Positions 49,295 through 61,562 of a stretch of DNA of 64,000 bases are shown here, in pieces. The stretch is from Lytechinus pictus. Lineage: Eukaryota. Location: assembly GCF_037042905.1 (NCBI RefSeq), contig NC_087258.1, forward strand, positions 8,246,001 to 8,310,000, in the 5' to 3' direction. The number at the start of each line of letters is the position of its first letter. Within the stretch, counting starts at the first letter, position 1. Under the pieces are notes generated by a model, which did no database searches, was not told where the DNA came from, and saw only the letters and a program-made list of their open reading frames with translations. A program made the position numbers and the translations under genes.

Positions 49295-50930
49295 TCCCCT
49301 CCTCCTTCATATCTCTCTCTCTCTATCATTCTATCGTCCAATCTTTCCTTTCCTCGGTATTCCTCTATTTTTGTTTTCTCTTAATGAATGCTATTCCCTG
49401 AATATATTGGCTCGAATTTGAAAAACCACCACACCCACAGTCAATTGTTCATGTACATTAGCCGTAATTAACACAAATTAAAGTAATGTGGAAAAGCTGC
49501 AAAGAAAAGCCGCGTAGCGCTGGATTCCTGCTAAAGATAAAAAGGCGCAGACAAGTTCCCTAGGAGTTCAAGGGAAAAAATATTTGCCGTTATTAACAAA
49601 AATAATGTCAAAATTGTCATTTTCGTTTATTATCAGAATGTTTATATTTTTGGTGGAACTTATCGAAAAAAAAATTTTGTTCTCAAACCCGGGAAAATTT
49701 GCCTCTAAATATTTTTCTATCAAAGTCAGCAAAGATAGACCGAGTCACATCATTGGTAAGGCTGAAGTTGATTTTTTTTTTTAAGTCCTGATAAAATTAT
49801 ACAGTGTGGTAAAAACAAATATTGAATTTCCCAATATTTTTTTATCATCATTAAACCCTTTCAATCACATATCCCGTCGAACGGATACATCGAGATTAAT
49901 TCTTAAATAAATCAAATCCATCATTTAAATGGATTGAGTTCAGTAGAGCTTGATTAGGTTCCACTAGTTTTGCTCTTTCTAACGAGATTAAGAGACTTCC
50001 ATTACATTCAAAGTTGAAAAGGAAAGAGACAAACAGAGTCACCCTCATACATGAATTAACAACTCATTATTTTATTAAACACGAAAATGTAAATTTTGTA
50101 CACATTTCTCTAGACAAGTATGTTCTTTTAAATATATATTCTTTATTTCTTTCAAAACGTACAGGGATTAAAATTCATAGAAATTAAGTATAAAGTAATG
50201 TTTGTATACTCTTTATAAAAAAAACACTTAAATATAGCAGCTATTGGATTATTTACATATACGCACCGTACTAGTTTATAACCTCATTATGTTTAATTTT
50301 GAGAGTTTGAAAGGGAATTGTTATGGCATTCATTATTTTCATGCAGGTTTAAACAAAAGATGTAACAAAAAAATCAATGAACATACATTATATGAACATG
50401 TAGCAAAATATCAGAAAATAATATGATCAATTACTCGAGATAAATGCAAAAGTATAAGTATTAAAAAAGACTAAATATGAGAGCACTGGTACCAAGCATT
50501 AGGATAGAGATAGTTCAAGGAAAAAAATTTGGTGTAAGCTTAAAAGAGGATGAAAATTGGTGCCTAGAGTAAATTAGTACACTTTTACAATGGGAGGTTA
50601 TTCATGTAGGAAATTTCGACTACATTAATGGAAAACATTAGTCCCAACATATAAGGCTCTGGCTGCCTCTAAGAGGTGTTCCTAAAATCTTGGAAAGTCA
50701 TGCAAATCAAGAAAATGTTAAGACTCTTTCATATTGCAAGACGCAAGTAGATTCTAGATCAGCTATATTTGTGTATTTAAAATAAGGATCTGTCACTAAT
50801 CGAGCGATATTACGAATGACTGGTGATCCTTTCTTGAGGTAATTTATGCGCACAAAATTTCATTGGTGTGGATTTAACGCCTAGGAAAGGGTAACCAGTC
50901 GTTAGGAATAGCTTCATGAAACGCCTATCA

Positions 50931-51227
50931 GGGCCCCGTCTTACAAAGAGTTACGATTGATCCGATCAATCACAAGTATACGGAAATACATCAATGTCAT
51001 AATTTTTCTTTAGGAAATTTGTTCTATGTCCTTTGAAAACAAAGAGAAGAATACTGAATCGTCAAGAAAACAGTGAATGTATTGAATATACATCATTTCT
51101 AGAAAATATTTTGAACAAACATGTAATTTTTCGATGTTGGCGTTGCTTACTTTCCATAGTTGCAATCGGTTGAATCAATTGGATTAGATTGATTGGATCA
51201 ATCGCAACTCTTTGTAAGACGGGGCCC
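50931..51227. mobile_element. MITE with GGGCCCCGTCTTACAAAGAGTT TIRs
   Basis: 22-bp perfect TIR, extending imperfectly further inward. Confidence 0.8.
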
Positions 51228-51360
51228 ATGTCTTATTTCTGATGTTGAGAGTTTAAAAAAATCAAAATCATACCGACAACAAACAACACTGTTTTTAAAT
51301 AAAAAGATATAACGTTACTACTTTTCCAGCCAGGGTATAACACAGCTATTCAATATAAAC

Positions 51361-54300
51361 CTACCATTGGAGAATCAGAAAACCAAAGATTATAGAGAGA
51401 AAATACAGAACTTTGGAGGAAATCAGAATGATGCCGTTGCCTGTTGTCATGGTTGGGTTTGGTGGTTCTGAGAAAATATGAAGAATATTTAAAACTTCTG
51501 ATTATTACAGACGGTAGTGAAAGTTGTTAAGAGTTCGATGCACTATGCAATTCACTTCATTCATATTGCCAAATTTACCTCGAAGGGATTTTTTTTCTTA
51601 GTGCTTGCACAAGAGGACAAAACTGGTTAATATATATAATTTCATATTTCAGGTTAAAGTTCGTAAGAAAGCGAGGACAAATGGGTCGAAAACCAAAAGA
51701 AGAAGAAGAAAGAAAGAAAAATAAGGAGAAGAAGAAGAAAAGTAGAAGCAGAAAAAAGAAGATGAAGAAGACTTATAAGAAGAAATAGAGATAAAGAAGA
51801 AGAAGAAAAAGAAGAGGCAAAAAAGAGGAAGAATAAAGGAGAATAAACAGAAAAAGACGAAGACGAAGAAAAATAAGATAAGAAGGACATTTGAATACAA
51901 CCTATTGATATGGACAATCGCATTCCAGTGTTCTCACTACGTTCCTAAAACTAGTTTACTGGAAACTAGTTTAGTGGAAACTAGTTTAACGCGTAGTGAG
52001 AACGGTCGAAGCGGTCTTTGAAGCGATCTTCCAAACCAGTTTGGAAAACCACCTCGCGATGTAGTTTTCAAGATCGCTTTGCCTCGTTAAACTGGTTTTA
52101 GCGTAAGTGAGGACACAACCGTTCTTCGGGAAGCGATCTTCGCACATTTTGAGCGCGCTACTCCACACGACAGGTGTAGAATGCCTATGCTGCGGTTTCG
52201 AATTTCGCGCGAAACGTGTCACCCCACTGAGAGCGTTTCCATAGCAACAAGAGCGCTTTATGTGAAGTGATTTTGAAAACCACTTTCGTGTGATCATGTA
52301 GGTCCATGGTGTGATCAAGTGGGAACGCTAGCAAAGCGATCTTCCAAAGTGGTTTCCTGAATCGGTTTCCAGTAAACTAGTTTTAGAAAGCGTAATGAGA
52401 ACGGCCTCATATGTGTGAGTGACCTGGGTCCCGTAACACAAAGGTTTGCGATGAATCGCGAATATGAAAGAACCGCACTGATTGGTTCCCGGTCAGATCT
52501 TGATTGGTCATTGGTATTTAGCGATTGATTGCAAACCTTTGTTTACGGAGCCCAGGAGAGCGTTTCGTCTACATGTATATTTCGTCCGACAAGTTGTCAG
52601 ATCTGACAACTTTACTTGATTTTGATTGGCTGAGAATCACGGTTACTATGGTAACTGTCGGATAAAACAGACTTTGTCATTTCGGAGCCTTTAAAGTGCC
52701 ATCGACTTGACGACTTGGCGAGATCCTTTATCTTGCCATGTCGACATAATAACCTGATTATGTCGACATGGCGAGATACGTTATCTCGCCAAGTCGACTT
52801 GTAAAAAGTTATGTGTCGACATGGCGAGATATTTTATCTTGACAAGTTGACTTATAAAAAGGTATATGTCAACTTGGCGAGATATTTGGACTCTCGCCGG
52901 GCCTCGGACATTTCATATCTCGCCATGTTTTATAAGTCGACTTGGCAAGATCTCCCCATGTCGACATAATAAGGTTATTATGTCGACATGGCAAGATAAA
53001 GTATCTCGCCAAGTCGTCAAGTCGATGGCAGTTTAAAGGCTTCGTATGTCATATATGTCGTCCGACAAGTCCTTACATGAAACACTCACCAGGTTTGTAT
53101 TAATTTTTGTTTACAAGCAGATGTCTAAATCTCAAAACGTCTAACACCATCATGGCTAAACCCACTTGATCTACTTTTCGCATTTTGCCAAGTGAAAATT
53201 TAGTAAATAAACGGCGTATCTAATAGAATAATAATGATTCTTAGTTACCCAGGATAGCCAATTCAGGTTATATGAACTGTTCTCTCAGCATACAACGCAA
53301 TAATATTATACCCCTTCTCTATTTTAATATGTCGAGAGCCTACAAGAAGGCAAAATACAAAGGGGATCGAACACACGACCTCCTGTTCATGAGGCGGACG
53401 CTCTACCACTGAGTCACTGTGTCCGGTGGTATGTGGTGTGCAGACATAGCGATATGGCACGAAGTGGTTTTGCCTATCTTGAAATTGAACAAAATTGTGA
53501 ATGGGCCAATGGAAATTAGAACGAATGGTATCTCGGGATAATAATAGTATAGGTAAATTTACCCAGGGTAGCCACTTCAGTTTCGAAAAATGTTCTACCA
53601 GCGGGCCCTGCTATTATTAGACCATGATTTGGGATAAGACCAAACGCAAAGTAGAAACTGGGTGTTTAGACCGAATGGCAATTTACCATTAAGACGTGGT
53701 GGGGGTGCGGTGGATGGAGAGGGGGGGGGGGAACATACCTGTCGTGGACATGGTGGACGAGTCATTATAAACCTCGTAGAGGGAAATAGTTCCGCTTACT
53801 GTACTCGTAACCATCAACATAGGCACTCCTGTTACGCTCTCAGATACAGGAATAAACCTTTAGAAACAGAGATGAATGAAAAATAACTCCTCCTCAATAT
53901 TTTATTTACCTTTTAAGGAATTGAACAGTCTTGTCTTAATTTATATAATGTTTACTATGAAATATCAACCTCTTTTATTTAAATTGTAGCAAAGTACTAA
54001 AAAGGTTCAAGACTCTTTGGCTTCAGCAAAGGCCCACAGGTCCATGTCAGTTTCATTGATGTCGTGCACCCTTTTCCTCAGAAAATTTATTGAAATAATC
54101 AGGAAAGTTTCAATACTTCGTATTTCCAATTTGTCAAAGCATTGCATTTCAAAACAACATAATAACAAGGAAACTGCTTTCAGATGGTAATTTCCCAAAA
54201 TTTTCTTCAGAAATATTGCAGCATTTACTTGAGATCTTCAGGATCGAGGTCGCCCAGGTTGCGATTGTCAAGAAGGTTTTGGAACGTATCATCACGACCA

Positions 54301-55848
54301 CCCGCACGATACACGCTTTCAAATGTCGGTACGACCTCACCGGATTCGAGAGAGTAGATGAGGATCGCTGCTGTACGATCCACGCCGACGAAAAGTATAC
54401 GACGTCCACCGAGTTCACCGATCTCCACCGATTCACATTCGGGACCCTTTAAGGATAATAATTTTTTTCAGAAAACCAATGAAATTGGGATAGATGACAA
54501 AAGATGACAAAAGATGACAAAAACCTATATTATGCAATTGGTTTATAAACAGGGGTGGGGTCGGAGTATACAGTAGTTTTTTTTATTCTTCCGAGTCAAA
54601 TACAGTTGCTTTTCTGGATTACAATTTTAATAATAGAGCCTACATGTATTTTATATAGTGTAGGTCCACATATAAGAAATGTATGGGTCTTTCCGAATAA
54701 TAGTACATATTAGGCCTCCGAGTCCGTTATATCAAAGATACTTCCACGGAATCCTTGATTTTGATTGGCTGTTGAGCATTGTTACCATGGTAGTTGCCAA
54801 TTAATTACAAAGTTACTATAATAACATTTTTTATCAATCATGGCCCAGGCATTTGCAATAATATATGTACAGTACATTCCGACGGCAATTGAAAGTTTGG
54901 ATGAGTAAAATAAAACTAATGTCAATTAGAATATACCAGATTATCGGAGCGCTTGTCAAAAAAATCAATTGGTTTGTCTTCGTCGGCATCATCTGGTTTC
55001 GTGTTCGTGTTGAAGACGTCAGGGTAGAACTTGGCTATCATCTTCTCCACCTCGTCGCCACTGTCGTAGACGAGTGTCATGTTGGAGGCCCTGAAGATGG
55101 AAAACCCTCGTGCTCCAAAGAAATAAAGCTTCTCAATTTTTCCCGAACTGTCCAGACCATCGACGGTGCTGAAATGCAGACGTCCTGTCAATATAAAAAG
55201 GAATCATCATGCCAATGACATTTTTTTGTTTTCCCCGGGCGTGCTTGGGACTGTTTCATTAGGAAGCAGTTCTTAAAGTTATATATGAATTAAATAAGGA
55301 CGGAACTAAGAAGCGAGTCAGATATCCAAGCTTTTCCCTGTTTCAACAACGAATTGAGAACGTGTTTGAATTTTCATTCAAACCCTATCGATTGAGACGT
55401 CTTGAAAATATACCCTCATGTTAATTCAAATATCTAAATGAATGTATTACACATTAAGCATTGAGGTAAACAAATTTATTTTTTAAAAAAGAAAGAAAAG
55501 CTGCCTGATCGGAAATTGAAAAGAGCAGAAGCCGTGATACCACTCTAGAACTGCCTTTTGCACCAAGTTGATATTGTATTTTGGGATTATGTGTTATTGT
55601 TTCGCAAAATTTACATGAGGTTCCCTTATGATTAGGAGTACTATTTAGAGAATCTGATCGAAGTAATCAATCCGAAATAATATCATTTGTACATTGCACG
55701 GCAATAGACAGGAACAAAAAGACAATTAAACAGAAAATAAATTAATACAATAAACAAAATGAAAGAATACATAATGTTTGCTCACCAAGGATGTTATTGT
55801 CATCTAGTTTAGCTATCAGCTCGTCATCAAATGTGTCTGCAAAATCAT
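51361..55848 (-). CDS. Second MSP130-family paralog, exons 7-11 only within the window
   Basis: Exons 55848-55786, 55184-54937, 54446-54229, 53857-53739 and 51467-51361. Exons 7-10 have the same lengths (63/248/218/119) and phases as in the first paralog. Frame is open; GPI-type tail EPPNPTMTTGNGIILISSKVLYFLSIIFGFLILQW*. Exons 1-6 were not found in 55849-64000. Confidence 0.85.
51697..51885. repeat. (GAA)-rich purine low-complexity tract
   Basis: Almost exclusively A/G. Confidence 0.85.
51927..52406. mobile_element. Harbinger-like MITE
   Basis: GTTCTCACTACG..CTAAAACTAGTTTACTGGAAAC / GTTTCCAGTAAACTAGTTTTAG..CGTAATGAGAAC inverted ends. Confidence 0.7.
52424..52555. mobile_element. Short MITE (left end also at ~23097)
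   Basis: CTGGGTCCCGTAACACAAAGGTTTGCGAT ... ATTGCAAACCTTTGTTTACGGAGCCCAG. Confidence 0.65.
52681..53046. mobile_element. Fold-back element with 6-bp TSD, built from GTCGACATGGCGAGAT motifs
   Basis: TGTCAT|TTCGGAGCCTTTAAA...TTTAAAGGCTTCGTA|TGTCAT; ~95-bp arms; inserted into the 155-bp MITE family. Confidence 0.75.
53361..53424 (-). mobile_element. tRNA-like (CAT anticodon) SINE head fragment
   Basis: GGACACAGTGACTCAGTGGTAGAGCGTCCGCCTCATGAACAGGAGGTCGTGTGTTCGATCCCC; the 3' acceptor strand is missing. Confidence 0.55.
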
Positions 55849-58040
55849 CTAATAAGAAACACACCAAACGGAAGTGGATATGAAATTCATAATGAACATA
55901 ATTTTCTTTCGTATTGTCAATCCAACTAAATCATGCAAAATCAATTGATGAATCAAGAACATAAATATCAGAAAATTGTCAGTCTGTTTAATAGGTTATT
56001 CATTATTCTACCATAGTAATCAGCTGTACAAAGGTGCGTTCGCAGGCAGGGCACTGGGGACGATTTTTTTCTACTGGGGGTGCTGATGGAAATTTGACAA
56101 GAAAAAAAAACTATTTAAAAAAAGGTGCACTGAAAAATGGAGGTCATTTTGCTCCTGAGAAATTTGACAAGCAAAAAAAAAGAAGGGTTTCAATTGAAAA
56201 ATGAAGATCATTTTTGTTACATTTATCAAATTTTTCACACCTACCTGAATTCCAGGGGTGCTGCCTGTGCAGCCTATGGAGAATAATACACGCAGCACCC
56301 CTAGCATGCACCCCTCTTCACAGGGCCATGTCATCCTCGGTGGTTATATATTTCTTTTCAAATGCTGTGTAACCATTATGCTGTAAACACTTGACACCGA
56401 TTATATATATTTATCAAAGGGGTACTCTGGGCTGAAAATAGTTAAATCTATGTTAACAAAAAGTAATAAATAAAATTTCACTTTGCAAAACGCAGTGTCA
56501 TAAGAATGGCATAATCTGATAATAACAAAGTTATTGATATTTTAGTTTAGCATTGTGAAAACAGTCATACGTAAGCAGTCATAATACATAGGTGGGCTCA
56601 TGGGGTCATGTTCCAACCTTCTTTTTATGTTACATGGAATTGAAATTATTTGATGTTTCCATACAATCGCCAATAGGGAGGGGAGGAAAACAAACTTTTT
56701 TTCCATTTCATTCCGTAATCATGATAAAGGATAAGTATCTTCCTAGATAAATTATGCGAGCGCGAGCTGAGAAAATTAATATTCCGATCTGAAAACGGGG
56801 CAATTTAACAGGAAATAGATCACACCATTTCAATTGATTGATTGATGGCCAATAAATGACATAAACAAGGAAATAAATTAAATATTTTGAATACATGATC
56901 TCATCTTATAATCAGAGGGGATGAATGAACAGGTCATCCCCAAGTCCTGAAATAAAAGGGAATTCCTTGCAGATTTACGCCCATGACTGAACGTGAATAA
57001 ATATAATTTGCACCACTTAACATGAGTAAATAGATAGCAATCTTGTTAGCTGAACCTGACTACATGCTACTTAATACAAAAATTAGGATGGAGAGGTTTC
57101 CTGATGTGCTCATTATCTTTGTTATATCAAGAAGATTCTATGACTGGAGTTTCCTGTTTCCTGAAATGCTCATTATCTTTGTTATATCAAGAAGATTCTA
57201 TGACTGGAGTTCCAACAGGCAACACATTTATTCAAGCAGCTGTTCATTTCTAAAGAAGCACACAAGATAGAATGGCAGTAAAGACCTTTTTGATGTCCGC
57301 CTTCGAAGCCGCCAGTTTCAGCGAAGAAATCAGAGGAGTGAAATTTTACGAATATCCATTTGTATAAATTTTCCATCTTTGATATTAATAAACAAACTGA
57401 AAGTTAAACGCATGACAAGACATCAGTAGCGAAGCACTATTACCAGGATTACACTGAGATATAGGCCCAGATTATATCAATTAACCTTTAATTAGTGAAA
57501 AAAGTAAGAATTTGACCTTTTACTGAAACCAGCTTTTAACACTTTTCCGATCGTTTGCGGCAAATGAAAATTTCAAATGTGGTCGGTAGAATATTGCTAT
57601 TCATTATTGTATATGCCAGACGAGTGCCCGCACATGCCCAGTTGAGTAAATTTGAGTCATATTTCAGGACATATTGCATAGTTTATTTTCGCATGCCTCC
57701 GAATTATGTACTTCACATATAACCAGACCAGATGCGGCGAAAAGTAATTATCATCACAATAGCATATTTCCCTTTTTATATGACCTATAGCTGCGGGAAT
57801 CATTTGTCTACACAATTGCAAGAGATGTTGAGCAAAGTGCATGCCTGACATATACTTTCTGCTGGCGGTTTTTAACCTTGTTCAAAGGGATTCTTTTTGT
57901 TGTTACTCCATCTCAATTGAAACCTCCTTGGTTATATGATTGAATCATATCACATAAAACTTAATCAAGTTGTAGGAAATGCATTGTAGTTTACGGACGT
58001 AAAGAATATAAACAATACAATCTTGTAATTCTAGTACCCA

Positions 58041-58226
58041 ACTGGGCGTTGTGGCGTGCGCCTGTAATCCAAGCTATGTGGGGAAGTTACAAATTGATGC
58101 AGAGATTCGAGGTTCGATCCCTGGTCACGTCTTTCGGATGGTGACGTTAAAGGTAGGTCCCAGACGTAAATAATCATATCTGATTGATACACGTCTGACA
58201 AAACTCAAATACACACACACACACAC
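58041..58226 (+). mobile_element. SINE with 7SL/Alu-domain-like head, B box, Deu/Nin-like core and (CA)n tail
   Basis: ACTGGGCGTTGTGGCGTGCGCCTGTAATCCAAGCTA matches my recalled 7SL 5' end at 28/36. GGTTCGATCCC at 58111. Core TTTCGGATGGTGACGTTAAAGGTAGGTCCC. Second copy at 30695. Confidence 0.75.
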
Positions 58227-58704
58227 CATCTAGAGTGCCATTAACATTTTTCGTGGGACACGCTGTAGTATAAAGTTCATGGTGTTAGGTCAACACCACT
58301 GGCGTATTATAACTCTTTCCATTTGACATTTTAGCACTATAGGCTTGCCTTATTTAGTGTCACGTTCAAAATCCACGGTGCATACTAAACCGATTGATTC
58401 TACAAGCACTATAGAGTGGCCTGTCTACATGGGGGTATAGCAAGGAGATGCTACCCCCCCCCCCCCCACCCCCATCGAAAAATAAAAACATACAAAACGT
58501 GAATGTGGAAAGATTGTGAAAGTAGATTAAACCAGTGACAAACACGGAGAAGAAAATGGGCAGACCACATGGGCGTGGCCCTTACCTCACACACCAACCT
58601 CGCTCCTTCCTTCCAAATTGATACAAATAAAAATACATCTAAAGAAATAACATTGTCATTACAAAGCCTTTCGCATACAAAAATTTAGCAGTTGAACCTG
58701 AAAA

Positions 58705-60475
58705 TGTTTTCCCTTCAAAGAGAAGTCAGACCGCCAATTTAAGAAAAACCATTGGTTTAACAATGATCTAAAGAAGATGTGTAGGAAGAAAAATATCTTG
58801 TATCGAAAATATATAAAAAATCCAACTGAATATAGAAAAATAACTTATAATAAATATATAAATAAAGTAACTAGTGCAATACGGCAGTGCAAACAATTGT
58901 ATTATAAAACTCGTTTTTATAATGTACAGAATAATATCAGAAGAACATGGAACGTAATCAATGATCTGTTGAATAAAAAAGGCAACAGTACAACATATGA
59001 CTATCAATCATTTTGGCAGAAACGTATCTGATTGCAAGGAAATTGCAAATTTATTTAATAAATATTTTACAACTATCGGACTAGACATAACTAATACCTT
59101 GCCACAATCTTGCTGTACTTATGATCATTTCTTGCCACCCCAAAATTTGTTGAATTCATTTTTCCTTAGCCGCATACAACCTAGTGAAATAATTAAAATT
59201 GTGTCTGAACTTCAGCCAAACAAAAGTCCTGGTTATGATGGCATTGATTGTAATGTTTTTAAAAAAGCAATTCATCTTTTAGTCACACCTTTGTGTAGTA
59301 TTTTTAATTTGTCAATAGAAAAGGGAGTTTTCCCTAGTTCCCTAAAATTAGCCAAATGTGTATCCATATATAAAAAAGGGGATAGATCTGTATTATCTAA
59401 CTATAGACCAATTTCTATCCTATCTGTGATTTCTAAGTTATTGGAGAAACTTATACACAAACGGTTATTGTCATATTTATTTTACAATAATATTATATCT
59501 AAGAAACAGTTTGGTTTTAGACCCAATTATTCTACCTATATGGCATTAATTGATTTTTGTGATAAAATAGCGAATGCATTTGAAAATAAGCAATTTTTCA
59601 TTGGGATCTTCTTAGACTTATCAAAAGCTTTTGATTGTATAAATCATGACATTCTTACAGAGAAAATGAAATATTATGGTATCAGAGGTCTTGCTTTAGA
59701 TTGGTTTAAAAGTTATCTTTACAATCGCAGACAGTATGTACATTTCAATAATTATTCATCCCCTATACAAAACATTAATATTGGTGTTCCTCAGGGATCT
59801 GTTTTAGGTCCTCTACTTTTTATTATGTAAATAAATGACTTACATTTTATTAGTAATATATTAGATTCTGTATTATATGCAGATGATAGTAATTTTTTTA
59901 TAACTGGAAATGATATACAGAATGTCTGTGCAATACTAAATGGGGAGTTGTGTAAGATAGGCCAGTGGTTTTTAGCTAACAAGCTGAAACTAAATACTGA
60001 CAAAACATCGTGCGTGGTATTCCACACAATGTATATGCGACAGAACAATAATTTGTATGTACCAAATTACAAATATAATTTTTCTCGATCAACCGTTAAA
60101 TATTCTGGACCGAGTATATGGAATAGCCTTCCTAGTAGCCTGAAATCTTGCCAAAGTCTTTCGACTTTTAAACGAACATTCAAAAATTTTCTTCTGAACT
60201 TATATTGATTTGCCTTATCCGTTCCTCCCCCCCCCCCCTTGGTTTTCGTTTTGGTAAATCTTTTGTGTTATAGGGATTGACCTTTGAAAGGTCTTGAGGC
60301 CTATTGTTAATCCCACCACTTTCTGTTAATATTTACTATATTTATAATGTACCCTTTTGTATTCACGTTTGAATGTATTTTTTAATGTTTTTTTTTATGT
60401 GTTTTTTTATGCTATTGTACCTGTATTTTTACCAGATTGTGGAAATAAATAAATCTAAATCTAAAATCTAAAATA
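58705..60475 (+). mobile_element. 5'-truncated, decayed LINE (CR1/L2/Crack group) ORF2
   Basis: RT motifs KSPGYDGI, NYRPISIL, QFGFR, FLDLSKAFD, GVPQGSVLGPLLF and YADD (59876-59887). Frameshift near 58997, TAA at 59828, internal deletion near 60030. C-terminus GPSIWNSLP..FK; tail AATAAATAAA(TCTAAA)n. Confidence 0.92.
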
Positions 60476-61562
60476 AGGGAATTTAAATTGAGGACAAGTG
60501 GTCCTGTAAAATAAGTTCCCTTATACGCAATACAATGGAGTATTAATTTATAGATAGATAATAAGTTACCAATACTGGAAAACATAAAACATTGAAAAAA
60601 CAAAGACAAAAATAAAGAAAAACTTGATTAAACCAATTAGAAGCACGGTTAGTGACTTGCGTTTGATTGTTAGTTGTTTTTTAACGCAACTCTTTCTGCA
60701 ACAGGCCCCTGGACTAACATTATGCCATCGAGAAAATTCTTTGAAAATATTTGATCCAAATAAAGAAATATCTATTTAGTCACTGGTTCTTGAGCTCCGA
60801 ATCATGAGCTGAAGGTGCCTATGGCAAGGTTGTGCCCTCTCCATGTATAGGATTAGAGATCAGGGGTAAAAATACACATGCAGGGGTTCACAAGAATGGC
60901 CCCTGACAGCCTGGAATGCTCCCGAAGTGTAGATCATAGGGGAGCCGAATCGGCAGCTCACCCCCCCCCCCCCCCCCCATATGAAGGTGCAAAAGGGGGG
61001 AAAGAAAAAGAAGAAGATATAAATAAAAGGGAATGAAAGGATACATAATAAATTCCGTAGCATACTAGCATATTTCCGTGATCCTCACGGCTGAATGGGT
61101 CAAATTCTTTAGTTCGATCACAATAGAGACCTACAAATATATGGTTCGATTGACAGAATACACTAGCCTAAACGTTTACATTGTTTACTCACCTTCTCAT
61201 CGGAACTCATGTGTTGGATTTCGTTTCCTTCAAAATGTGAAATTTCTCAACTTTGTTTGTTTGTATTTATGTTGTTCGAGATAGTATTTGCTGTTTTAAC
61301 ATTTTTTTTTTATTTGCAAACGCATGAACCTCTAGTTCTCTGAGTATAGGCCATTCGATTTGGATGCTGATTTTTATGGTGATTTCTAACTGGGGACTTC
61401 AAATTTACCTAGCAAAAAATGGTTATGCACGGACATAGGGACGCGCCTGGCTCCTTGCATAACCCTTAATTTGAGAGTGCTTTTAATTCTTTCTTTGGAA
61501 GCCTCCAGTTATGGCCGCCAAATATTGCTGATCAATACATTGATGATCGCTCTGAACATAGC

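Noticed and set aside
51649-51923. Phe/Ser-rich ORFs (also 23734-24138, 41186-41662, 22814-23114)
   Set aside because: Translations of low-complexity or poly-T/poly-A tracts.
54216-55218. + strand ORFs 54216-54452, 54865-55218 and 36860-37129
   Set aside because: Antisense to MSP130 exons 8 and 9.
58041-58226. True 7SL (SRP RNA) gene, or human Alu contamination
   Set aside because: Similarity ends after ~45 nt; there is no S domain, 3' Alu strand or oligo-T terminator. The remainder is not Alu-like and recurs at 30695 in host intron sequence.
58777-60208. Active reverse transcriptase, or a novel RT-linked system
   Set aside because: Ordinary 5'-truncated LINE with a frameshift, a nonsense codon just before the YADD region and an internal deletion; no endonuclease domain.
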